The notes beneath the pieces are model-generated. The model ran no database searches, had not been told where the DNA came from, and saw only the letters and a program-made list of their open reading frames with translations. Positions 46,911-56,246 of a stretch of DNA of 64,000 nucleotides are shown in pieces (positions within the stretch are counted from its first letter, which is position 1; every line of letters starts with the position of its first letter). The stretch lies in contig JBGVBY010000013.1 in the NCBI GenBank assembly GCA_045226015.1, positions 147,922 through 211,921 of the forward strand, given 5' to 3'. The stretch is from Bacilli bacterium. Lineage in GTDB: Bacteria > Bacillota_I > Bacilli_A > RFN20 > CAG-826. The position numbers were made by a program, and so were the translations under genes.

Positions 46911-48548
46911 ATGACAATATCTGAAAAAATTACACATTTAAGAATTGTTAACAACATTTCTCAAGAGAAGCTTGCTTCCTTGCTTAATGTTACTAGACAA
47001 AGCATTTCCAAGTGGGAAAGTGGTGAATCATTGCCACAAATCGATAAGGTTCAAGAAATTTGCGAACTCTTTAAGATTTCCGCTGATGAATTGCTTAATG
47101 ACAAAATTGTTATTCACCGTGGACAAAAACTCAAAATGAGTATCGGTGAAGACATTAAAACCAAATACTTTGGTACAGATGGTTTCAGAGGAGAAACAAA
47201 CAAAGTATTAACATGTGATCATGCTTATAAAATCGGTAGATTCTTAGGCTGGTTCTATGGAAATCCTAAATTCAACTCCCAAAAACCTGGCTATAGACCA
47301 AGAGTTGTAATCGGTAAAGACACACGTAGATCATCCTATATGTTAGAATACGCGGTTGCTGCTGGCTTAGCTGCTAGTGGTGCAGATGTCTCTTTACTCC
47401 ATGTTACAACCACTCCAAGTGTCGCCTTTGTCATTAGACAAGACTGCTTCGATTGTGGTGTAATGATTACCGCTTCTCATAACCCATTCTACGATAATGG
47501 TATTAAAGTCCTTAACTGTAATGGTGAAAAACTTGAAGACGCAGTTGCTTTCTTAGCCGAAGCTTACATCGATGGCGATTTAAAGAAACTCGGTGTTGAA
47601 GGTAATGACCTCCCATTTGCAGAAAGAGGAGATATCGGTTCTATCACTGATTATAGCAGTGGCCGTAACCGTTATATTGCTTACTTAATCTCCTTAGCAA
47701 GACACTCCATGAAAGACCTTAAGATTGGTTTAGATACCGCTAACGGTGCTTCCTGGATGATTGCTAAGAGTGTCTTTGATGCTCTAGGAGCACAAACATT
47801 TGTTATTAATAACAATCCTGATGGATTAAACATTAATCTTGATGCAGGAAGTACTCATATTGAGAAGTTCTGCAAATTCGTTAAAGATAACAAACTTGAT
47901 CTCGGCTTTGCTTTTGACGGTGACGCTGATAGATGTATCGCTGTAGATGAAAACGGCAAAGAAGTTGACGGAGATAAGATTATGTATCTCTTGTCTTTAA
48001 AGCTTAAAGATGAAGGCTGTTTAGAAAAAGACACATTAGTCACCACAGTTATGTCCAATAGTGGTCTCACAAAAGCCCTTAAACAAGTTGGAATTAGTAA
48101 TGTCCAAACTAAAGTTGGTGATAGATTCGTCTTTGAAAAGATGCAACAAGAAGGTTATTCCTTAGGTGGAGAACAATCCGGTCACGTTATTATTAAGAAA
48201 TACGCGACTACAGGTGATGGTGTATTGACCGCGATCATGGTTACTGAGACTGTTCTTGACCGTAAAGAAAAACTCTCTAAACTCGTTGCACCTGTTAAAC
48301 TCTTACCACAAATTACTAAGAATGTTCGTGTAACGAACAAAGCGGCAGTTGTCGCCGATGAAGCTGTTCAAGCTAAATTCAAAGAAGTTAACGAAGAAAT
48401 CGGTGATGATGGTAGAGCTCTTCTTAGACAAAGTGGTACTGAACCAGTGGTTAGAATTATGATCGAACTCGATAGCAAAGAAAAATGTGAAGAATATATC
48501 GATCGTATCTATAACGTTATTAAGAAAAGAGGATACATTTGTGAGTAA
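46911..48548 (+). CDS. glmM: Phosphoglucosamine mutase with an N-terminal XRE-family helix-turn-helix domain in the same frame
   Basis: Residues 1-65 form a Cro/C1-type HTH (ISQEKLASLLNVTRQSISKWESGESLP). From ~residue 76 a typical GlmM follows (MSIGEDIKTKYFGTDGFRG, phosphoserine loop TASHNPFYDNG, GFAFDGDADR). There is no stop codon between the two parts. Confidence 0.85.
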   Translation: MTISEKITHLRIVNNISQEKLASLLNVTRQSISKWESGESLPQIDKVQEICELFKISADELLNDKIVIHRGQKLKMSIGEDIKTKYFGTDGFRGETNKVLTCDHAYKIGRFLGWFYGNPKFNSQKPGYRPRVVIGKDTRRSSYMLEYAVAAGLAASGADVSLLHVTTTPSVAFVIRQDCFDCGVMITASHNPFYDNGIKVLNCNGEKLEDAVAFLAEAYIDGDLKKLGVEGNDLPFAERGDIGSITDYSSGRNRYIAYLISLARHSMKDLKIGLDTANGASWMIAKSVFDALGAQTFVINNNPDGLNINLDAGSTHIEKFCKFVKDNKLDLGFAFDGDADRCIAVDENGKEVDGDKIMYLLSLKLKDEGCLEKDTLVTTVMSNSGLTKALKQVGISNVQTKVGDRFVFEKMQQEGYSLGGEQSGHVIIKKYATTGDGVLTAIMVTETVLDRKEKLSKLVAPVKLLPQITKNVRVTNKAAVVADEAVQAKFKEVNEEIGDDGRALLRQSGTEPVVRIMIELDSKEKCEEYIDRIYNVIKKRGYICE

Positions 48549-49212
48549 ATTAAGTGTTAAAACCAAAGATTTATTTTCTACAGATTGCCCTTTCTTAAAA
48601 GAAGTCTTTGAAAAGAGTGAATATCCTTGGGAAATTCTTCCTCAAATCAAAGAAATCGTCGCCAAAGTGATGGAAACCGGTTTAGAAGGTTATCACTTTA
48701 TCGAAGAAGGAATCCTTGTTGGAGAAAACGTTAAAATCGCAAAAACTGCGACAATTGAAGCTCCTGCTATTATCGGTAAAGATACCGAACTTAGACCAGG
48801 TGCATTCTTACGTGGTAATGTGATCATCGGTGAGAAATGTGTTATCGGTAATTCTTCAGAATTAAAGAACTCAATCTTACTCAATCACGTCCAAGTTCCT
48901 CACTACAATTATGTTGGCGATTCCATCTTAGGTGATTACGCACATATGGGTGCAGGCTCAATTCTTTCTAACTTAAAAAGTGGTGGTAAAAATGTTGTTA
49001 TCCACGCTGATAAAGAATATGAAACCGGTTTAAGAAAAATCGGTGGCTTCTTAGCGGAACACGCTGATATTGGCTGTGGTAGTGTTCTTAATCCAGGAAC
49101 TGTTATCGGAAAGAATACACAAGTCTATCCACTTAGTATGCTTAGGGGCGCCTTCCCAAGCGACAGCATCGTTAAATCTCAAAAGAATGTTGTCGAAAAA
49201 AGGCCAGAATAA
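48541..49212 (+). CDS. Left-handed beta-helix (hexapeptide-repeat) acyltransferase resembling the GlmU C-terminal acetyltransferase domain
   Basis: Multiple [LIV]-G-x-x-x-x hexapeptide repeats in the C-terminal 150 aa. The GTG at 48541 with an AAGAGGA RBS overlaps the glmM stop. The track's 48487 start lies inside glmM. Confidence 0.55.
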   Translation: MSKLSVKTKDLFSTDCPFLKEVFEKSEYPWEILPQIKEIVAKVMETGLEGYHFIEEGILVGENVKIAKTATIEAPAIIGKDTELRPGAFLRGNVIIGEKCVIGNSSELKNSILLNHVQVPHYNYVGDSILGDYAHMGAGSILSNLKSGGKNVVIHADKEYETGLRKIGGFLAEHADIGCGSVLNPGTVIGKNTQVYPLSMLRGAFPSDSIVKSQKNVVEKRPE

Positions 49213-49242
49213 TTATTTATAATTAAAGGAGAAAATATAATT

Positions 49243-49965
49243 ATGAAAGTTGTTGTTGGAAGCAATGAAGAAATTTCCAAGTTAATTGCAGAAGAATTCA
49301 TTAAACAAGTCAATGCAAAACCAAACTCAGTTTTAGGCTTAGCGACCGGTACTTCACCATTACAAGTTTACGCAAACTTAGTCAAAGCCAACAAAGAAGG
49401 TAGAGTTTCCTTCAAGAATGTTGCTACATTTAACCTCGATGAATACATCGGATTAGACGGCACACACAATCAATCCTATCGTTATTTCATGAATGACAAT
49501 TTATTTGATCACATTGACATCGATAAGAGCAAAACCCACGTCTTAAAAGGTGTTGGAGACTATTTAGCGTATGCTAAACAATACGATGATGAAATCGCTT
49601 CCTTTGGAGGAATCGATCTACAAATCTTAGGTATTGGTAGTGATGGCCACATCGCCTTTAACGAACCAGGCACCTCTTTTGATAGCCTAACTCACGTTGC
49701 TGAACTCGCAGAAAGCACAATCGTTGATAACTCCAGATTATTCAACGACATCTCTGAAGTTCCTACTAAAGCTGTCACAATGGGTCTTAAGAGCATTATG
49801 AATGCTAGAAAAATCGTCTTAATCGCTACTGGTAAGAATAAGGCTAAAGCCATTAAAGACTTACTCCAAGGTGAAAAGACCGAAGAAGTCCCATGTTCCA
49901 TTCTTCAAGATCACCCAGATTGCACAATCTACGTTGATGAAGATGCCTACTCTTTAGTTAAATAA
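49243..49965 (+). CDS. nagB: Glucosamine-6-phosphate deaminase
   Basis: NagB pattern ...GLATGTSP..Y... and GIGSDGHIAFNEPG. Confidence 0.93.
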   Translation: MKVVVGSNEEISKLIAEEFIKQVNAKPNSVLGLATGTSPLQVYANLVKANKEGRVSFKNVATFNLDEYIGLDGTHNQSYRYFMNDNLFDHIDIDKSKTHVLKGVGDYLAYAKQYDDEIASFGGIDLQILGIGSDGHIAFNEPGTSFDSLTHVAELAESTIVDNSRLFNDISEVPTKAVTMGLKSIMNARKIVLIATGKNKAKAIKDLLQGEKTEEVPCSILQDHPDCTIYVDEDAYSLVK

Positions 49966-49989
49966 GGTTAAAGGACAATAATTAAATAA

Positions 49990-50016
49990 GGTGGAAAAAT
50001 ATTTTCCGCCTTTTTA
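49990..50016 (+). terminator. Intrinsic terminator after nagB
   Basis: GGTGGAAAA-TAT-TTTTCCGCC followed by TTTTT. Confidence 0.7.
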
Positions 50017-50018
50017 TA

Positions 50019-50810
50019 ATGTTTTTAATGAAAAAGATTAAGAAGCTATCTTACATTCATGATTTAGGTGGAATTAACACTTCTAATTTGAGGTACTTAA
50101 AACACGGTCTTCTTTTTCGTTCGTCTAATTTATCCAAGATAGATGAAGAAGGCTTAGATGTTCTTGTCAATCAATATAACATTAAAAATGTTATTGATTT
50201 AAGAACTGAAGACGAAATTAGTCAACAACCAGAAGACTTTGTCTCCTCAAAACTTAACTATCTTCATATGCCAAGTCTGACTAATGAAGAAAATCCAGCG
50301 GTTAATCGATTAAACAGAATGGACATCTTAACTGATTTAATCAAACTCCCTGGTGGAGTTAAGGCTCACATGAAGAATTTATATCGAATTTTAGTGAGTT
50401 CAGAAAGAAGTAGAAACGTCTATCGTAAATTCTTTAATATGCTTCTTCATAACGACAATAACGAAGCTTATTTATTTCACTGCACTCAAGGGAAAGATCG
50501 TACAGGAGTGCTTTTATATCTACTTTTAGTAGTGTTAGGGGTTTCCTCTCAAAGAGCGATTACTACTTATCTATCTTTTAATAGTCGTACAAGATTTAAG
50601 AGAATTGCAATTTTCTTAGGGATGAATATTGCGGTTTCTCCAAGAAAAGCAGTGGCTCTAAACAGGTGCTTAACCGCAAAAAGAATATATATTCATTCCG
50701 CTATTGATGAAATTAATGTAAAATTTGGTGGAATCAATAATTACATAAGAGAAGAATTAGGCTTAAGTGAAGATGATGTTGCTTTACTTAGGAAGAAATA
50801 TGTCAAATAA
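50019..50810 (+). CDS. Protein tyrosine/serine phosphatase (CX5R family, Y_phosphatase3-like)
   Basis: Active-site P-loop HCTQGKDRTG. An alternative start is at 50028. Confidence 0.7.
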   Translation: MFLMKKIKKLSYIHDLGGINTSNLRYLKHGLLFRSSNLSKIDEEGLDVLVNQYNIKNVIDLRTEDEISQQPEDFVSSKLNYLHMPSLTNEENPAVNRLNRMDILTDLIKLPGGVKAHMKNLYRILVSSERSRNVYRKFFNMLLHNDNNEAYLFHCTQGKDRTGVLLYLLLVVLGVSSQRAITTYLSFNSRTRFKRIAIFLGMNIAVSPRKAVALNRCLTAKRIYIHSAIDEINVKFGGINNYIREELGLSEDDVALLRKKYVK

Positions 50811-50824
50811 GGAGAATAAGGGAC

Positions 50825-51784
50825 ATGAAACATTTGATTATTGTTAACAGCAAAGCTGGACAAGAAAAAAATCTCGAAGAATTCAAAAAGAAAGTTGCTT
50901 CTGACTTTAAAGGATTAGACTTTGAAATATATGAAACAACTGGACCAAGAAGTGTCATTCCATTTTTAAAAGAATATTTAGGAAAAAGTAAAGACACAGT
51001 GAGAGTGTATGCTTGTGGTGGTGACGGCACAATTCATGAAGTAGTGAATGCGATCGTCGGACATAAAAACGTTGAACTCGCTGTTTTAGCGGTCGGTACT
51101 GGTAATGACTTTGTCAAGATCTATTCCGAAAGCAAAGATTATGACGACATCGTCAAAAATAAGAGTGGCGCTAATAGATTCCAAGACTTCAAAGCCTTAA
51201 TTAACGGCAAAGTCGAAGAAATTGACTTAAGCAAAATGACTGGCGAAAGTATGAAAGAACCATGGTATTCCATTAACGTCATTAACTTTGGTTTCGATGC
51301 GATTGTCGGTGCTAAAGGAAACGAAAATAAGCTCAAAGGAAGAAAGAATCCTTATGGTCCTAGAGCAATTATTCCTGCAATCATCGGTGGTAGATTCAAT
51401 AAAATCATCGTTAAGGCTGATGGAGAGCAACTCAATAAGAAGAGAATGCTTTTAGCATCATTAGCCCAAGGACAATGGGTTGGTGGACAATATCACGCTT
51501 CTCCTAAGAGTGATAACACCGATGGATTAATCGATGTTATGTTACTTAGATGCATGTCATTCTTAAGATTAATGGTTCAATATTTTGGTAGATACCAAAA
51601 AGGTGAACACATGGATAATCCAAAACTCATGAAACGCATTGTTTATAGAAGAGCTAAAGAAATTGAAATCATCGGTAACAAAGATATTGATATCTGTGTT
51701 GATGGCGAAATCGTTAGAGGCAAGACCTTCAAAGTTGAAGTTATGCCTAAAGCCCTTAAATTTGTCGTTCCAAACAATAAATAA
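50825..51784 (+). CDS. Diacylglycerol kinase-family lipid kinase (DgkB/YegS/BmrU type)
   Basis: DAGK catalytic-domain motifs VYACGGDGT and GTGNDF. Confidence 0.85.
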   Translation: MKHLIIVNSKAGQEKNLEEFKKKVASDFKGLDFEIYETTGPRSVIPFLKEYLGKSKDTVRVYACGGDGTIHEVVNAIVGHKNVELAVLAVGTGNDFVKIYSESKDYDDIVKNKSGANRFQDFKALINGKVEEIDLSKMTGESMKEPWYSINVINFGFDAIVGAKGNENKLKGRKNPYGPRAIIPAIIGGRFNKIIVKADGEQLNKKRMLLASLAQGQWVGGQYHASPKSDNTDGLIDVMLLRCMSFLRLMVQYFGRYQKGEHMDNPKLMKRIVYRRAKEIEIIGNKDIDICVDGEIVRGKTFKVEVMPKALKFVVPNNK

Positions 51785-51786
51785 TT

Positions 51787-52596
51787 ATGATTATTGAGGC
51801 ACTCATTGTTTTAATTGATTTCGCGTTTACCGCGTTATTAACCTTAACATTACCTTTAGGTAAAGGTTATCATTATTGGGTGCCTTTTCTATTCCTTATA
51901 ATTGGTTATATTGTCGGGGTAGCGTTAACTTGGCTTATTTTGACTGCCTTTGCAATGCCATTTAAAAAGGATAAATACTATAAGAAACCCAATAAATGGG
52001 CAAATTTCTTATTAACAGAATCTATTACTTATATAGATAATCACGCGAGAGCAAAAATTATCTATCGTTCTAAAATGGAACTTCCAAAAGAAAGATACCT
52101 TCTCGTCTGTAATCATCGTAGCAAGTTCGATCCGATGTTACTCACTAAGTTATATGGTCATAAAGGCTTATCCTTTATCTCTAAGCCCACTAACTTCAAG
52201 ATTCCTCTTGGTGGTCACTTCATGAAAGCAAGCTGCTATCAATCGATTGACCGTTACGACAAGTTGAAGTCCTTAGAAGTGATGAACGAGGCTTCTAGAC
52301 TAGTTTCTGAGGGTTTAACAAGCATTGGAGTGTTCCCGGAAGGAACAAGAAGTGAAGATAATAACTTACATGAATTCCACGAAGGCGTCTTCTCCATCGC
52401 TAAAAAGACTAATTGTCCGATTGTAGTGGTGACACTTGATGGAACCGAAAACATCCATTCAAACTTCCCACTTCATCGCACAAAAGTATATATGGATATG
52501 ATTGAAGTTCTTTATCCAAGCGATTATCAAAACATGATCGTTAAAGAGATTAGCGACCATGTTCATGATAAGATGCTAGAATCATTAGGAAAATAA
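51787..52596 (+). CDS. plsC: 1-acyl-sn-glycerol-3-phosphate acyltransferase
   Basis: HX4D motif NHRSKFD, FPEGTRS, and an N-terminal membrane anchor. Confidence 0.85.
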   Translation: MIIEALIVLIDFAFTALLTLTLPLGKGYHYWVPFLFLIIGYIVGVALTWLILTAFAMPFKKDKYYKKPNKWANFLLTESITYIDNHARAKIIYRSKMELPKERYLLVCNHRSKFDPMLLTKLYGHKGLSFISKPTNFKIPLGGHFMKASCYQSIDRYDKLKSLEVMNEASRLVSEGLTSIGVFPEGTRSEDNNLHEFHEGVFSIAKKTNCPIVVVTLDGTENIHSNFPLHRTKVYMDMIEVLYPSDYQNMIVKEISDHVHDKMLESLGK

Positions 52597-52618
52597 AAAG
52601 GGGTAAACCCCTTTTCTT
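52596..52618. terminator. Bidirectional terminator
   Basis: AAAAGGGG-TAAA-CCCCTTTT. Confidence 0.7.
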
Positions 52619-52619
52619 T

Positions 52620-53438
52620 TTACTTAATATCTCTCTTCTTGAAGAGTGCTAATCCGCTAAAGAAGAAGATTGCAGCCCATCCAAGTGGGACCAATATACC
52701 TGCAGCAATCATATCTCCAGATTGTTTATATGGTTCAGCAATAAGTCCACCTAAACTATTAATTAATGACATTACATCATTGGAGTAGAATCCTGGCATA
52801 TAAAGTGGATTAATCCACATTGACCAATGATTAACTGACAAGTTTGATTTAGACAAGCTTGCTAAGAACGCAATTAGCGGAATATATGTGAGCATAACTA
52901 GAAGGACTACAACAATTGGGATTGATCCTCCGATAGATCTCAACAAAGTTGCAAAGAAGATTGATAATGCGGTCAAGAATACGTAGGAACAAACAACATA
53001 TACTATGTATAATCCTGCAAAAGAAGCGAAGTGAGCAGGTAAAGTGCTGAAATCAAATCCTCTAATTCCATCATAAACAACACCTATAAGCACCATGATA
53101 GCGCTATAACCTATCGCTAAGATAAATGTGAAGATTAAACCAGTAATAAATAAGCCTAAATAAAGCTTACTCTTGCTAATTCCGGCAATAATTTTGTTTC
53201 TAATTGTACCAAAGGTAAATTCACCTACAGTGAAAACAATTAAGTTAATTGGGATAGTCAAACCGAAGTTGCTACCTAAGTTTGTGCTGGTTAAGAATGC
53301 ATTAGTGGTGCTTAGTGATTTTGACGCATAGTTGATAAGCGATAATAAAATCGCTAAAGAAACACCAATAATACAAGTAATAAGGAATGTCTTATCTCTA
53401 AATAATTTGAATAATGAGGATTTAATAATGTTAATCAT
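52620..53438 (-). CDS. ABC-2-type transporter permease
   Basis: Six TM segments, operonic with the ATPase. The ATG at 53438 is preceded by GGAGG; the listed start at 53453 is probably too early. Confidence 0.75.
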   Translation of the reverse strand: MINIIKSSLFKLFRDKTFLITCIIGVSLAILLSLINYASKSLSTTNAFLTSTNLGSNFGLTIPINLIVFTVGEFTFGTIRNKIIAGISKSKLYLGLFITGLIFTFILAIGYSAIMVLIGVVYDGIRGFDFSTLPAHFASFAGLYIVYVVCSYVFLTALSIFFATLLRSIGGSIPIVVVLLVMLTYIPLIAFLASLSKSNLSVNHWSMWINPLYMPGFYSNDVMSLINSLGGLIAEPYKQSGDMIAAGILVPLGWAAIFFFSGLALFKKRDIK

Positions 53439-54348
53439 TTTTAATACCTCCAATCAAATTGAGATAGTATTCTTCAACACTCATTTCGGTGGTGCGAATA
53501 TCACTAATTTCAATTCCTTTTTTCTCAAGTTTGACTAATAAGTCAACTGGCTTAATTGTATCATAAATTCTTATAGAATTTGTTGAGACCAATAAGTCTT
53601 TACATCCGATTTCATTAAGAACTTTTTCAAGTTTATTAACATCTTGATAACGGATATCAATTCCGCGTTTACATTCATTGATTAAATCTTCGGCGGAAAT
53701 TTCTTTAAGTAAATGCCCGTGAGAGATAAATCCATAGTAAGAAGCGACTTTCTCTAATTCAGAAAGAATATGACTAGAAATCAAGAAAGTAATGCCTTTT
53801 CTATTAAGATTAATAATTAATTCTCTTAACTCGGCAACTCCACTTGGATCAAGTCCATTCATAGGTTCATCTAAGAACATAAGATCTGGTTTGTTTAGTA
53901 AAAGAAGCGCAATTCCTAATCTTTGTCTCATACCTAAAGAGAAATTACCAGCTTTCTTTTTACCAGTATCTTCTAGACCAACGCTTTTCAAAGCGTCATC
54001 AATTACTTGTTTTGAATCTTTGATGCCGTAATATAAGCAAGCATATTTAAGATTTTGTCTAGCAGTCATTGATGGTACTAATGATGGAGCTTCAACAATT
54101 GCAGATATCTTCTTTCTAATTCCATAGATTTTTCTATCCTTAAAGTTGGTGTCATATAAAGAATATTCACCAGAAGTAGGATTAGCTAAACCCATTAATA
54201 AGCGGATAATAGTGGTTTTACCACTTCCGTTTTCTCCAACGAATCCATAAACGGATCCTTGAGGAATATGCATGTTTACTTTATTAACGGCGTAGAAATT
54301 GCTGCCATATCTTTTAGATAAGTCATGTGTTTCAACAACGTTTTTCAT
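53431..54348 (-). CDS. ABC transporter ATP-binding protein
   Basis: Walker A GENGSGKTT, signature FSLGMRQRL, Walker B LMFLDEP. Confidence 0.9.
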   Translation of the reverse strand: MKNVVETHDLSKRYGSNFYAVNKVNMHIPQGSVYGFVGENGSGKTTIIRLLMGLANPTSGEYSLYDTNFKDRKIYGIRKKISAIVEAPSLVPSMTARQNLKYACLYYGIKDSKQVIDDALKSVGLEDTGKKKAGNFSLGMRQRLGIALLLLNKPDLMFLDEPMNGLDPSGVAELRELIINLNRKGITFLISSHILSELEKVASYYGFISHGHLLKEISAEDLINECKRGIDIRYQDVNKLEKVLNEIGCKDLLVSTNSIRIYDTIKPVDLLVKLEKKGIEISDIRTTEMSVEEYYLNLIGGIKND

Positions 54349-54414
54349 AATATACCTCCGTGTAATAGTATACTCATAAGTAAATAAAATTTAAGTAAAA
54401 TCACAAAAACGTTG

Positions 54415-54431
54415 AATGATTTTTAATCATT
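54415..54431. promoter_or_regulatory. Perfect palindrome AATGATT-TTT-AATCATT, candidate operator
   Basis: Lies in the divergent region between the ABC-2 operon and the 398-aa membrane protein gene. Confidence 0.3.
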
Positions 54432-54463
54432 AACTAAAATAATCAATTAGAGGAAAAATTTAT

Positions 54464-55660
54464 ATGAAAAAAGATAGAAGATCATTTGATGGTGTTTCTA
54501 GATTTGCTTTGACTGTTTTAGTGGCATTAATTATTTTCTCAGTGTTCGCTAATTCATTCATCATGGTCTCAGACACCTTAAAAGAAGCAAACTTCCCAAG
54601 TACTGGTACATTAGGAATGCTTTTTGATTACAGTGCAACAGCCGGACACTCCATGAAATTCCTTGGACAAGTCCTTTCTAACATCGTGGCATATATCTTT
54701 ATGCTCTGTGGTGTAATCGTATTTTTCTTATCACTTGCATTAATCAAACACGACAAAGTCGTAAAAGCAAAATGTGCAGTTTTAGGATTAGCATTATTTG
54801 TTCCAGCAACAATCGGTTTAACTGGTGGAGTTATTGACTTCTTTGGACATGGTTTCAATTTCTTAAATAACACAAAGGGATTAGAACCATCACTCATTAT
54901 GGCGTGCTACATTTGCACATTATTACTTGATGTCGCATTCTTAGTGCTTGCCTTCATTAGCTTGGTTAGTGGTATTCGTACTGCTGTTAAAGTTAATAGA
55001 GGCGAAGTCATCTATGATGCACACCCAGAAAGAAAAGTTGCAAAACAAGAACAATCTCCAGCGGAAAAAGCTGCTGAAAGAGAAGAATTACTCAAGAGCA
55101 TCAGAGAAATCGTTAAAGAAGAACTCGATAAACTTGATCGTGTTGTTATCGCTAAAGAAGCTCCTGTTGTTCGCGAAGTAAAACCAGCTCCAGCACCTGC
55201 TCCAGTCGTGGAAGAAGAAAGCAAACTTTCTATTCAAAGAATTCCATTCGCTGAAAAGATTGTTAAAGCTGATAAAGATCTTCAAGAAAAATATAACGAA
55301 ATCAAGAGTGATTTCCTTGCATATGGAGCATCTAGTAGAGTTTCAGTTGCTGGCGATACATTCAGATTACATCGTAAACCATATGCAAAGATCACACTCG
55401 TTGGTAAGACCTTAAAAGTCTACTTTGCATTAAATCCAAGAGACTTCAGGGATTCACCAATCCCAGTTGTTGACGCTAGCGACAAAGTGGCTTATGAAGA
55501 AGTTCCAGCCTTACTTAAAGTTAAATCTAACTTAGCGGTCAAACGAGCTAAAGATTTAATGGAAATGGCAATGGCTAAAGACGGATACGCTAAAGAAAAA
55601 GAACCAGTTGATCATAACTGGGTTAGAGACATCCGCTTAGAACTCAAAGCTAAGAAATAA
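54464..55660 (+). CDS. Membrane protein with four N-terminal TM helices and a charged C-terminal domain with an Ala/Pro linker
   Basis: Hydrophobic N-terminal third, a KPAPAPAPVVEEE linker, then a lysine/glutamate-rich tail. Confidence 0.4.
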   Translation: MKKDRRSFDGVSRFALTVLVALIIFSVFANSFIMVSDTLKEANFPSTGTLGMLFDYSATAGHSMKFLGQVLSNIVAYIFMLCGVIVFFLSLALIKHDKVVKAKCAVLGLALFVPATIGLTGGVIDFFGHGFNFLNNTKGLEPSLIMACYICTLLLDVAFLVLAFISLVSGIRTAVKVNRGEVIYDAHPERKVAKQEQSPAEKAAEREELLKSIREIVKEELDKLDRVVIAKEAPVVREVKPAPAPAPVVEEESKLSIQRIPFAEKIVKADKDLQEKYNEIKSDFLAYGASSRVSVAGDTFRLHRKPYAKITLVGKTLKVYFALNPRDFRDSPIPVVDASDKVAYEEVPALLKVKSNLAVKRAKDLMEMAMAKDGYAKEKEPVDHNWVRDIRLELKAKK

Positions 55661-55668
55661 TTAAAGTT

Positions 55669-55696
55669 AAGATGTGCTTGCACATCTTTTCTTTTT
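55669..55696 (+). terminator. Intrinsic terminator
   Basis: AAGATGTG-CTTG-CACATCTT followed by TTCTTTTTG. Confidence 0.7.
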
Positions 55697-55731
55697 GTTT
55701 TTATAATTAATCATCGGAGGAGAATATTAAA

Positions 55732-56208
55732 ATGATTGGTAAAAAAGTAATTGCTTTTGTCGAGTTAGGATTTTCGTTCATCTTTTTTGTCGCGGCAATC
55801 GTTAACTTGGTTAAATGGAGTAACGCATTCCCATTAATCGGATTATCAGGATCAATGGCCTTAGCAGCTTTCGGATTATTTGCTATACTTCATAAATCAA
55901 AAGCAGAAGAACCAAATATTAAACCACATTACTTTAAAACAACAAGTGAATACGTCCATCGTATTGTTGCGATTGCGGCGATTATCTGGTACTTCTCATT
56001 CTTGACAGCATCATTCGTGTTTGTTGTTGTGCTACAACTCGTCTTTGCCCGTGGTAATTTAACATTCCTTATCATTGGTTCTGGTGTGCCACTAGTGAGC
56101 TGTTTAGTTTTCCATGCCATTTCTTTAGCGTTAACATATAAGCAACAAAGCGATTATGTTAGACTAGAGCAACTTGAAGTTCTTAAAGAAATTGCTGAAA
56201 AGAAATAA
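55732..56208 (+). CDS. Small integral membrane protein (4 TM segments)
   Basis: Hydrophobic profile only. Confidence 0.4.
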   Translation: MIGKKVIAFVELGFSFIFFVAAIVNLVKWSNAFPLIGLSGSMALAAFGLFAILHKSKAEEPNIKPHYFKTTSEYVHRIVAIAAIIWYFSFLTASFVFVVVLQLVFARGNLTFLIIGSGVPLVSCLVFHAISLALTYKQQSDYVRLEQLEVLKEIAEKK

Positions 56209-56221
56209 TTTAGGAATCACA

Positions 56222-56246
56222 AAAAAGAGCCGATTGGCTCTTTTTA
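56222..56246. terminator. Bidirectional terminator
   Basis: AAAAGAGCC-GATT-GGCTCTTTT. Confidence 0.7.

Noticed and set aside
48487-48540. Upstream GTG start for the hexapeptide transferase listed in the track
   Set aside because: It would lie 60 nt inside the glmM coding sequence. The GTG at 48541 with an AAGAGGA RBS, overlapping the glmM stop, is more plausible.
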